A DNA stretch of 64,000 nt from Chrysomallon squamiferum (lineage: Eukaryota > Animalia > Mollusca). Positions 51,270 to 64,000 of the stretch are shown here, piece after piece; position 1 is the first letter of the stretch, and each line of letters begins with the position of its first letter. The position numbers were made by a program, and so were the translations under genes. The notes below the pieces were generated by a model. That model saw only the letters and a list, made by a program, of their open reading frames with translations. It was not told the DNA's origin and did not search any database. Where the stretch lies: positions 1,736,001 to 1,800,000 of the forward strand of contig CM022675.1 in assembly GCA_012295275.1 (NCBI GenBank), in the 5' to 3' direction.

Positions 51270-52385
51270 GTTACTGTTCTTGTTGTTATTGTATATAAAT
51301 ATAAATCTATTTATTTCAGATGAAGTTACCTGTGAGAAAAGTTCTATGTTGATTGTTATTAATCCTGCTGGAACATTCAGTGGTGTCGTCTATGTTAAAG
51401 GTGAAAAAGACACGAAAGGTTGTACGTTCACACAGTCAGATCTACCCTCGGGAGAACAGGGCGTGGCTGTGAATGTTCAGCATAGTGACTGTGGTGGGGT
51501 GACACAGGTTGTTTGTAACTATTTATTGATTTATTTTAAGTTTTTTTTTTTTTTTTTTTTTTATATAGCTTTTCTCCGCTCCGTATATATTTATTTGCCT
51601 GCGTTATTTCTTTAAATAAAATATACTTTTTTTCTTTTTTTTTTGTGAACTTTTACTCTCAGAAAAAGCCTTAAGAAAAAACAGATTGCATTTTTTTTCT
51701 GTGTACAAAGCAGTATTTAAATAGTATTGAACGTAACTAAAGCAATTGTGACTCGTTTTTAAAGCTAAATGGAGATCGAACTCGAGATGTGATCATTCAG
51801 TTCAGTGAAAAGTTTATGACAAACCTCGACACAAAAGTCTCTGTCACTTGTGAGAAGAACGATTCTGCTACAACTGTGACTGTCACCAAAGTTATCACAA
51901 GCGAAGATCTTTTCCTGTTAGTCACTATTTTTGTTTTATTTCAGTTTCAGACTGTAGTTTTCCATAGTATTATTAATAATACATGTAGTAGTCGTAATAG
52001 GAGTAATTTGCAAACTGTAATATCTATATATACATATATATTATATATTATATGTATATATATATCTTTGTGTTTTGTCATTTAGTTTTATTTACTAGTT
52101 CATTAGCAGAATATTGTTTATATTAAAACGTTATAAATGTTAATTGTTAATATGCAGCTAATATTTGAAAACGTATGACAGTAGTGCATTTTATGAACTG
52201 ACCTCATAAGCCAAGAAATAAAACCATTGGTTATAGTGAAGAAGAAAATGTGTATATTGAAAGTGTGAATATTAATCTTGTTTATGATATTATGTCTTAA
52301 GTGTGTTTGTTTCTAATGCTATTGTGCAGAAACAGACAGAATATCACAAACACAGTCAACTCAACAGACTCCTCGGAATCAAAAA
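49732..52385 (+). pseudogene. Tandem paralog of the EGF-ZP gene (signal peptide, 2xEGF, ZP-N), disabled and truncated
   Basis: Exons 49732-49783, 50096-50218, 50409-50546, 51320-51507, 51765-51916, 52330-52385. The first donor is TT (49784-5) where the paralog has GT. CAG>TAG stop at 50128-50130. No ZP-C, SRCR or TM exons were found downstream on + strand. Confidence 0.88.
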
Positions 52386-53582
52386 GTAAGTTAATAACAA
52401 ACAGATCTGATTTTTCTCTAATAAACAATGTACTATATTTGCTAACACCATCATCACCACTACAATGTAACTGTAATAACTGTTACAACATCAAAAACAT
52501 ATTTCTAGTAAATATGTATGTATAAACACACAAAGCAGATACTTGTTACATATACATACATTTAAATGTATACGTACACTATCTGCTTTGTGTGTGAATG
52601 GACGTGCATCGATTGTATTTTTCTGCTGTTTGATAATTTCTTAATCATTGCCCTCCAGTGTGGTTAAAAATTCATTTCAGTTGAATGTATCAGTATTAAT
52701 ATTCAACAGGCACCAAATAAAATGACTAGATAGGAAGTTAACGTAAATAAACGAAAACTTAATAAAATTCTTCGTATACACCTACATGGTATGTATAATA
52801 ATGCATTTAACACTAATATTAAACATGAGCTAGTTAGACAAATAAATTGGTTTAAAGAGATTACTGAAAAAGCTAGTTAGACAAATAAATTGGTTTAAAG
52901 AGATTACTGAAAACACAAGTTAATGTTATAAGATCATAGAATTTCGTTACAGTGTACTTAACTGTTAATGAGAACTGCATAACGTAACATATGTCTCAAA
53001 GTATTTACTGTCTTTATATGTTTGCTTCGTATCCCTACGTTTCACAAAGTATAAACGAATATTACATTAATTCCTCAAGAGAACTGAGAAAGGAGAAAAT
53101 TAACAAAAGGAAGAACAAAAAGAATTACAATAAATCCAAGAATATAGGAGAATACAATGTTTTAAAGAAGCATTATGTAATACTGGAAATATATAAATGA
53201 GAATAAAAAAGATTTTATTGATGTCAGTATAGTAAATATTTATCTAAAACGATATAGCTTAAAACATTGTTATATCAACTATATTAAATATATAAATAAA
53301 ACTATTTTTTATTAAAGAGAGAGTAACTGTATTTAGTTAAGTATTTATTTAGCGTCAGAAGTTGAAAATCTTATTTTGTGAAGTACAAGTATGAAGAATG
53401 AAAAAAGTCCAAGGAAGAAGAAATGACTAATTGTTTTACACGTTCTGTATTTGAGAAGTAAATTCTGAAATGCATTTGAATATAAGGATCACACAAATCT
53501 CAAGCACATTTAGAATAAATTTGCACTTATGTTACAATTAAATTTCTGTGTTTCTATCCACCAGCACGTAGGGAATGGGAAT

Positions 53583-53632
<50 letters not shown>

Positions 53633-53859
53633 CGCGCGCGAGCAGGCGCCAGCTGAAATAACATACGTACACACACAATCAGACATACACAACATGGTCA
53701 CTCCAAAAATAAAAATAAATAATAAATACAAAACTAAAGAAATAAAGAAATAAATATTAAGAAAAAAAAAAAGTTATCTATATATATATCTATATCTATA
53801 TCTATGTATATGTATATGTATCTATACTATATGTATATGTATATGTGTATGTATATGTG

Positions 53860-53973
<114 letters not shown>

Positions 53974-54738
53974 AGGAGAGAAAAGGAAAAATAAAATAAA
54001 AATACATCGGGTTTCATCCGTCCACTGTCACAGCCTTCATTTCCTTACACGGCTTATCTACCTCTAATAATTCTCGTTTCCTGTAGTCGTCGAAATTACC
54101 CGAGAAAAATAATCTCTAAATTCGATGCAAAGTTGCCGCCACGTTTGTGTGCTTGATTCCAAAAATCATTCTATACGGATTTAGTTTGAACTTGGTGCTG
54201 CCAAAAAATTTGTTGTTTTTTTTTTTTTTTTTTTTTTGCTTTTTTTCAATAGGGTTCAATACGTTTAATAAATGATTTATTTTTGCTGCTGTGAACAAAA
54301 AAACGCATGCAAGACCGAGTCCACGGCACCGACGCACACTAGGCACACTGTCTGTGGAGTGGGCTCGATCTTCCATTCGTAAAGATGTTTTCGGACTAAC
54401 TGCAACAACAACAACAACAACAACAACGTGTCTGATCATTTTATAAATTAAATCGTAATCGTCGTTATTTTCAATTAAGACAGAATTTAATCATTTTTAA
54501 TGTTCGAAGAGAACCTGGTCAATTGTAAATGGGTAGGTTATTCTTCAATAGATGAGGCAACTGCCGAATTGTCCGGCAGTGCCTGAAAATTGGAAAGAAA
54601 AAGAAAGAAAGAAAGAAAAGAAAAGAAAGAAAAAAAAACAAGAAAATAAAACACGATTTTTATCTTCGTTCTTCTTATTGCGTGCAATGAATAACGACAG
54701 CGATAACGATGGCAATAATAAACATAATAAACATAAAC

Positions 54739-54795
<57 letters not shown>

Positions 54796-55192
54796 GAAAA
54801 AAAGAATAAATAAGATAAAATATGTAAAATTTAAAAGAAAAAAATGACAAAAAAAAAAAAATATATATATATTAATAATTAAAAAAAAGAAAAAAAAAAA
54901 AAATAAAATTAAAGCGCTGGCAGTATTGCCTCGATGACAATTTCACCTTAAACTGCAGAAAAAAAAAATGAAAAAAAGAAAAGAAAGAAAAAGAAATAAA
55001 GAAAAAAAATCAAAAATCCAAAAATAATAAAAGAAAAGAAAAGAAAAATAAAGAAATAAAAAAAGAAAAATAAAGCGTTGGCAGTATTCGATCTTGTTGT
55101 TCTTGTTCTTCAAAGAAAGAAAGAAGGAAAGAAAGAGAGAAAGAGAGAAAGAAAGAAAGAAAGAAAAGAAAAGAAAAGAGAAGAAAGAGGCG

Positions 55193-55311
55193 TGTCTACG
55201 GCACTCGGTGTTCCCAGGCGGTCACCCATCCAAGTACTGTCCGAGCCCTGCGTTGCTTAACTTCGGTGATCGGACGAGAACCGGTGCTTTCAACGTGGTG
55301 TGGCCGTAGAC
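55193..55311 (-). rRNA. 5S: 5S rRNA gene (single copy, orphon-like)
   Basis: GTCTACGGCCACACCACGTTGAAAGCACCGGTTCTCGTCCGATCACCGAAGTTAAGCAACG..AGTACTTGGATGGGTGACCGCCTGGGAACACCGAGTGCCGTAGACA, 119 nt. Helix I is perfect, A/C boxes look intact, and a T-rich tract follows downstream. Confidence 0.96.
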
Positions 55312-55385
55312 GATCGCTTTAACGAACCGAGGTCTATTTATCTTTGTTGTTCTTATTGCGTGCGCTAAATAACGATCACCATGGC

Positions 55386-55430
<45 letters not shown>

Positions 55431-55670
55431 TGAAAAAATAATAAATAAGATAAAATAAAATAAAATATGTAAAATTTAAAATAAAAAAAAATGACAAAAA
55501 AAAAAATATAATAATAATAATAATAATAATAATGATAAATGAAAAAAAAAAAAAAAAAAAATAAAATAAAATATGTAAAATTTAAAAAAAAAAAAAAATC
55601 GCTTTAACGAATCGAGGTCTATTTATCTTTGTTGTTCTTATTGCGTGCGCTAAATAACGATCACCATGGC

Positions 55671-55726
<56 letters not shown>

Positions 55727-56133
55727 TAATAATTAATAATTAAAAAATGAAATAAAGAAATAAAGAAATAAAAATAAACGCCGGCAGTATTGGCTCGCTG
55801 ACAATTTCACCTTAAACAGTGCACTCACACAAACAAGAAAAGAAAAAAATTAAGATAAAAACATGAGGAAAAAAAAAAAAAAAAAAAAAAAAAAAGAAAA
55901 AAAAAATAATTAAAAAAAAATATCAAAAATCAAAAAAAAAAAAATAATAAAAGAAAAGAAAAGAAAAATAAAGAAATAAAAAAAGAAAAATAAAGCGCTG
56001 GCAGTATTCGATCTTGTTGTTGTTCTTCTTCTTCTACTCAAAGAAAGAAAGAAAGAAAGAAAGAAAGCGCCATGCGTGTGTGTGTGTGTGTTTGTGTGTG
56101 TGTGTTTGTTTCTGTGCATCTACGGTACTGTAC

Positions 56134-56193
<60 letters not shown>

Positions 56194-56277
56194 TAGTAGT
56201 AGTAGTATCCTGTGTTCACGAGTCATTTTGCACGAAATTAGCATTATTGCTGTTGTTGTTGTTGTTGTTGTTGGTGG

Positions 56278-56313
<36 letters not shown>

Positions 56314-56410
56314 GAACAGCATTGCATTTCGTCTTTCGTGGTGATGGACTGTAAAGTGTGACTGTCAATAATGTTTTTTTTTTTATTTATTCATTTTTTT
56401 TATTCTTAAT

Positions 56411-56661
56411 TTTTGTGCAGTCTTTAAGGCGAAATTGACATCGGTAGCGAGTACCGAGACCCAGTTTTCTAACGTTCGTTTCGCCGTTGCCATGGGAACC
56501 GATCTCAGCTCAGCTCCGTTCGGCTACACTCGGGTAGGGTCGGGTCGGGTCAGGTCGGGTCGGGTCGACTGCACTCCACTGGGCGGACGAGAGAAAAGGA
56601 AAAAAGACGTCGGGCTTCATCCGTCCACTGCCTATTATTATTACTGTTGTTGTTGTTGTTG

Positions 56662-56716
<55 letters not shown>

Positions 56717-56987
56717 GTTTTAAGTTCATTAGTCACTATTTTGGATAAACGATGAAAATTCTGTAAATAGGCAATGTGAGAATTCAGCTCAAAGAAAAAT
56801 ATTTTTACTTATAAAAGTGGAACTTAATAAAAAAATCTAGCTGATGCTCTATAATGGACCCAGTGTAATTTATGCATTCCAGGTTTACTCGTACCAGCCT
56901 TTCCTAGTAATAAAGTATAACAATATTTTCAAAAGTGGGTCTCGGAACTCACTACCGATGTCAATATCACCTTAAAGAATGCAGAAA
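56411..56987. repeat. About 55-bp imperfect inverted repeat pair enclosing a GC-rich core (MITE-like)
   Basis: TGCAGTCTTTAAGGCGAAATTGACATCGGTAGCGAGTACCGAGACCCA versus TGGGTCTCGGAACTCACTACCGATGTCAATATCACCTTAAAGAATGCA. Confidence 0.7.
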
Positions 56988-57728
56988 AAAAAAAAAAAAA
57001 AAAAAATAAATAAATAAATAAGCAAAATAAATAAAGAAAGAAAGAAAAAAAGAAAGAAAGAAATATTAAGAAAAACAAAATAATTTGAAAAAAAAAAAAA
57101 AAAAAAAAAAAATATGACGAGAGAAAAGGAAAAAAGCCGCCGGGTTTCATCCGTCCACTGTCAATTATTATTGTTGTTGTTGTTGTTGTTATTGTTGCTG
57201 CTGCTGTTTTTATTATCATTATCATCATCATCATCATCATCATCATTATTATTATTATTCTCATCCTTATTATTATTTTTAATAGTTTTTGTCTGTTTGT
57301 TAGTTTGTATGTTTGTTTGTTTGTTTGTTTGTTTGTTTATTTTTTTTTTTTTCTTTCTTTCTTTCTTTCTTTCTTTATTTATTTATTTATTTACTTACTT
57401 ATCTTCTAAATAAACACGCAAACAAACAAATAAACAAACAAACAAATAAATAAATAAATAAATAAAATAAAATAAAATAAAATAAAAAATAAAAGGAAAA
57501 CACGAGAAAAAGAAAGAGTAAAAAATAAAATAATAAAACAAAATAAAATAAATGAAATTAAACAAAAATAATAATAATAATAATAATAATAAAAATAATA
57601 ATAATAATAAAAAAAAAATAAATAAATAAATAAATAAATAAATAAATTAAATAAGTAAATAAATAAATGAATGTATAAATAAAAAAAATAAAATTAATAA
57701 TAATAATAATAATAATAACAATAACAAT

Positions 57729-57761
<33 letters not shown>

Positions 57762-58084
57762 AACAATAACAATAACAACAATAACAATAACAACAACAAC
57801 AACTCCTGACTGATCAACCCCGAAGGTAATTGTTTCCCATCCTCCCGTACGCCGAGCCGAGTGCCTGGTAAGAGTGGAGGTCAGGTAAGAAAAACGCGCG
57901 AGAAGGAGAACCGATGGGACCCGCGAAGAAGTGAGATTCCTTTCTTCCCGTACGCCGAGCCGAGTGCGTGCTACGCGGGGCCAAAAGGTAAGGAAAATCT
58001 GCGAGAAGCAGCATCGATGGGACCCGGGAAATCCGCTAGAAAGGGTAAACATGGGATCCGCGAAGAAAGCAGTTTCCTTTACAG

Positions 58085-58735
<651 letters not shown>

Positions 58736-59471
58736 TTGTATGAGTACACACTCTTAAATACATTATTTTATAAATTCAGCGATGTTTTATCTTTTCTATT
58801 TAGACGTACATTTTTTGAACTTTTTTATTATTTTTTATTTTTTGTGAGGGGAGGGGTTATCATGTTTTCCCCTGGATTTGATTTGTGATCATTTATTAAG
58901 TTTTTAATGTTATCATATTAAATTAAATAAATTATTAAATAAATTAATAAATAAATAATATTTACAGAGTCATGATCGAGGTGATGAAATACGTCGTCAA
59001 ATCTCTAAATATTGATAGTTCAAGGAAACTGTAATATTACATGTTGATAACCAAACCATTACGCAGTGAGTACTTAATTACAACAAGGGAGGTAAGTGGG
59101 AAGAAATTAAGTTATCTCTCTTTTTGATTTTTTATTCTGTTTTATTTGTCTAATTTCTCTTTGTAGAAGAGAGATACTGGCTGTGAATGACACAGAGGTC
59201 AGGTAGAAGGAACGAAGGTGTCTCTTTCTTGTTTTTACTTTTCGGGACATTTTCATTAATTTGTCTAATTTCTGCTGCTGATAGAGACTTACTTGCGGTA
59301 TACATCATGGATTTATGAAATACGTCACTCGCCTCTCTTTACAAACATTAAAACTAAAAATATTAAACTAATTCCTATTTACTTCTTTCAGACAAATATT
59401 ATTGTTAGTGTTATTGTTGTTTTTGTTGTTATTATTATTATATTAAAATTATTATTATCATTATCGTTATG

Positions 59472-59509
<38 letters not shown>

Positions 59510-59523
59510 CATTATCATTATCC

Positions 59524-59557
<34 letters not shown>

Positions 59558-60852
59558 GTTGTAAGGTCATAAGCATAAATCATCGGAAAATGTTCTTATA
59601 TGATTTGATCAACCGTATTGGAATGAGCTGTTAATAATTCTCATTACAGTTACAAGTTGTTTTAAAATGAAAGGAACTTTCTCTTTGTTGTTACTTTTCC
59701 TCTGGTTTTTCAACTTATTTGCTTCTCCCTGTGTAATATTTTCAGTACATCTATTCGGTCACTGCAGACAAGTATAGTAAAAATGTTGAAGAAGTGTTCT
59801 TCATCCATTACCATGAAGTGAAGTATGATTTTACTGAATGAAGAATGTTTAGTGATAAGAAATTGAGGTGTGATGTACGATATGAAATTCTATCACTAGA
59901 TATCTAATGATTATGTGTAATCCTTGCTGATTGGTTGTGCTGTCACGTGCTATGATGCCACCAAAAATTCAGCAAATGTTCGCATTCGTCTGATTCTTTA
60001 AAGAAGTAGTCATTTCCATAACACTTTCTATAGCTATAATTATAATGTTGTTGAGTTATAGTTCTTTTTTATACGACAATACCAAGAATATTAACAAGAA
60101 AATAATAATAATAATGATAAAATAACAATAATAATAATAACAATAGTAATAATAATAATAACAATAACAATAATAATAATAATTATAATAGTAATAATAA
60201 CAATAACAATAATAATAATAATAGTAATAATAATAACAATAATAATAATAACAGTAACAATAACAATAACAATAACAATAACAATAATAATAATAATAAT
60301 AATATATTTAATATTGAAAAAATAAGGACTAATAATCAAATAATCGACACGAGGAATTAAAAAATATATATATATATATATTGTTAATCAGATGGGTGTG
60401 TGATGAAACTATAGCAACAGTTACAGCAGATCCTTCATCTTGGAAACAGCACCACGAATAATCACGACGGAAATTCGAAAGCTTTTCCTCCGCCATCGAT
60501 TCTTACCGAACCTCCAGAATGTCCAGAAACACAAATGAGAAGAAAATAAATAACAACACACAGGAAGAGCAAAACAGAGAGGTAATTTGTTTTCCAGCAT
60601 AGAGTAATGACAATAATTACGTAAACATGAATTAATATGCAAGTAATAATTTCGACTTATAAAATAAAACAAATCACACGAGAGTCATTGCTACAATCTT
60701 TATTCAGTAAAGAAACTCAATATAAAATATTAATGACTACATAAACAAACATGTTTTTGAGAAAACACAAAAATACAACAAAAAACCTAAAAAAACAATC
60801 TTTACTATAGCAAAACAAGCAATCAAATATAATAATAGCAATAATTATAATG

Positions 60853-60907
<55 letters not shown>

Positions 60908-61552
60908 TAATAATGATAATAATAATAATAATAATAATGATGATGATGATGATGAAAAAGAAAAGTCAGCACATCAATGAAAGTTAAGGAGTAGAATGTC
61001 TATAAAATATCGATACTCCTTTATCATTTAACTTTAATTTTCTGCAGATTTCATTTTCTTTTCTTTTTTGTTTTTCATTTTGACAGCCTACTACAGACAA
61101 TTAATGAACAATATTCTCTCACGCGATAATACAAGTGAAATGCTGATGTTTGTTTTTTTCTTTTATTTTTTATTAATTTATTAACTTATTTACTTATTTA
61201 TTTAAATAGTGCCTGAAATGATATCCATTAGGGTGTCCTTCAAGTTTTCAAATAAATACTACTATTACTACTACTACTAACAATAATAATGGTACTACTA
61301 CTAATAATAATAATAATAACAATAGTAAAACATTAACCTTTGTTTTCTTCTGTTTTCTCTTTGTAAGCAATATATCATGTGATTCCATGCAACATTACGA
61401 ACCAGAGTGTAAAACAACAAGAAAAAAAACAACCAAAACCCTGTGTTTATTAAATAAAACAATTAATTAAACTATCAATTTACTGGAAACTAAACTAATA
61501 GTTTTAACATAAATACTGAACAGGTTATAATTAGAACACGATGTAAACTCAC

Positions 61553-61641
61553 AGAAGACGGTGATGAAGAGCAGGTTCCAAACCATCACACTTAACGTCA
61601 TCCTTCCATACATTCCTACTAGTAACACTGCGACCAACAGA
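61553..61641 (-). other. SRCR-like exon fragment abutting the gap
   Basis: Minus strand reads SVGRSVTSRNVWKDDVKCDGLEPALHHRL followed by donor GTGAGT. It fits the SRCR pattern IWLDDV.C.G.E..L..C with the last Cys as CGT. Confidence 0.5.
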
Positions 61642-61841
61642 NNNNNNNNNNNNNNNNNNNNNNNNNNNNNNNNNNNNNNNNNNNNNNNNNNNNNNNNNNN
61701 NNNNNNNNNNNNNNNNNNNNNNNNNNNNNNNNNNNNNNNNNNNNNNNNNNNNNNNNNNNNNNNNNNNNNNNNNNNNNNNNNNNNNNNNNNNNNNNNNNNN
61801 NNNNNNNNNNNNNNNNNNNNNNNNNNNNNNNNNNNNNNNNN
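61642..61841. other. Assembly gap (200 N)
   Basis: N run. Confidence 1.
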
Positions 61842-62530
61842 AGAATAGATTTCTTTGCTGCTATTTCCAAGATGGAGGTTCTTTCTGAAATTATTATAGC
61901 TTTTCATGGATATAACGATGTTTTATATTTACTTTTTCTAGCATTGACTACTGTACTTGTGAATCCTTATTGTTTTCTGTATTAATAAATATTTCTTACG
62001 ATTATTATTATTATTATTATTATAACTTTGTCCGAATTAATAAACAAAGCAAAACTACCTTACTACATTATAATTCTAACTAGGTATGTAGCAACAGAAC
62101 AGACTAAGTTTATAAACAGGCAGATTATCTGAACTTTTGGTGGCACCTTAACACGTGACAGCATGACCTATCAGCAAAGACTACACAGAATCACTTGATA
62201 TCATAGTTTGATCATCATAATTGTACAGGATTATAATTACAGGATCTATAAGTACTTGGTTACGTAGTGAAAATGTAATTTCATTGAGTAATTATAATAC
62301 TTACGAACTGTGTGTGTGTGTATATATATACAGTTAAACTATGAATTTCAAAAGCCTAAGTTTTTTATTTAAATCTCTTCAGATAGTTTGACAGCGAAAT
62401 TATATATGTATTTATTGATGTTGATAAGGCTATCTCTTAATGAAAGGAAATTACAAACAAAAGTTATTATCTGATACGTGTTACATTGATGATTCTGTAT
62501 TAATTCACTGACACGTGGAAAGTGATAAAA

Positions 62531-62574
<44 letters not shown>

Positions 62575-63001
62575 CTATGTGTGTCCTTTATTCTATTTCA
62601 TATATTATTTATTTTTATTACTTATTGTATTGTACTTCCATTATTCTTTTCAGATAAAAGTAGTTAAGAGTTCTCAGTTCTAACTATAAAACTGTTTTGA
62701 AGAAAGCATTAAGTAAATAATAAACATATTTGAAATGTCTTAACGTCGCCATCTTCCAGTAGCATAAAAACTCGACCAATGGATACCGGCACTCAGCTGT
62801 GACAACAGTAGTCTCCCTTGTTATGTCTCGACATATATTTAGTTTAGTTTTGTCTGTTGTTAAATGAAGCAACAAACATGTCTGCCATTTTCTTGTCATC
62901 TCTAAACGGATCTTTGTTATAGTAAATTAATTCACAGTTGTCTTTTCTCTTTAGTGCTGCACATATAGAGGTATACTGCTACTTCTTATAATAATAATAC
63001 C

Positions 63002-63055
<54 letters not shown>

Positions 63056-63861
63056 TCGTTCAGTTGCTGCTGCTGGTACTAATAACACTCCTATTACTAC
63101 TACGACTACTGTTAAAACTACTGTTACACTTGATGGTAATGGACGAAAAACACTTCTTGAAAGATTTCACTATAAGTGTGTGTATTGACAATATTAAACT
63201 GGAGAACAAAATAAGTTGAAAAATCAGAGATAGAGTAACAACAAAGAGAAAACTGAACAGAGAAATTAATTAGAAGACAAATTCCTTTCTTCTTAAAACT
63301 CAATTCATAATTATCTTCAATAACAATGTATAGTTATAATCAGTAACGGTATGAAATAATATCACTTGATATCAAGTGATTCTCTGCAGTCTTTACTGAT
63401 AGCTCGTTGTGTAAGTACAGTAATCTAAACTAGAAAACAGTAAGGAAAAACATCGTTATATGCATGAAGTAATATGATAATTACAACAAGAACCTTCATC
63501 TTGGAAATAGCAGGGAAAAAGCTTTTCTTCTGTCATGAATTTATACAACAAGCCGAATACCCCAAATATAGTATTAATAATAATTATATAGACATAAAAT
63601 AAATCTCAACTAATATCTACGACATATTACAGAAAACAAAGTACATGAGATGCACCCCAATAAGCTTTATTCAAACTATTGCAAATATATAAAAAACAAA
63701 AAAAAGTTAATAAATCAATTAAAAGAAATAAAAAAATACTAATACAGCTACAGGAATACGAAATGAGGCAACGAAAGAACGAGGACAAAATAATAATAAT
63801 AAAACTAAATGTAAACATAGCAATAACAGTAATAATTATAATAATAATAATAATAAAACAA

Positions 63862-63912
<51 letters not shown>

Positions 63913-64000
63913 CGAATCATGCCAAGCGAAATGAAAAAAAGCAAGAAAAAAAAGAAAAGAAAAAAGAAAGGTATAATAGAAATGAATGCATAAATAATAA

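Noticed and set aside
55078-55497. ORFs overlapping the 5S gene
   Set aside because: Spurious translations of rRNA and flanking simple repeats.
58968-59205. Two exon-like segments (AG..GTAAGT; AG..GTAGAA) as a 3' continuation of the pseudogene
   Set aside because: The first segment has stops in all three frames, including an immediate stop in the phase needed to join 52385, and there is no ZP-C, SRCR or TM similarity.

Overview
AT-rich, microsatellite-laden eukaryotic DNA, very probably molluscan (EGF-ZP protein with the FDCRR motif, mollusc-type 5S rRNA). Almost all ORF-track entries are microsatellite artefacts. The main feature is a 19-coding-exon + strand gene (31814-40878, 891 aa by my hand splicing). 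It encodes signal peptide, 2xEGF, ZP-N, the start of ZP-C, a linker plus 4 SRCR domains, the rest of ZP-C, a furin site RKRR, a TM helix and a basic tail. The SRCR block therefore sits inside the ZP-C domain as a symmetric phase-1 exon cassette. A tandem paralog (49732-52385) is a pseudogene with a lost donor, a premature stop and truncation after ZP-N. A duplicated CCAAT/TATA/Inr/donor module lies upstream of each paralog (about 14.5 kb and 46.6 kb). Other contents: a 5S rRNA orphon in a repeat-rich block, a decayed Tc1 transposase, a tRNA-derived SINE head, foldback/MITE-like elements, kb-scale segmental duplications, a 65-bp satellite, a 61-bp minisatellite built from an exon-intron junction, and a 200-N gap next to a minus-strand SRCR-like exon fragment. 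All gene models were built by eye; no database searches were run.
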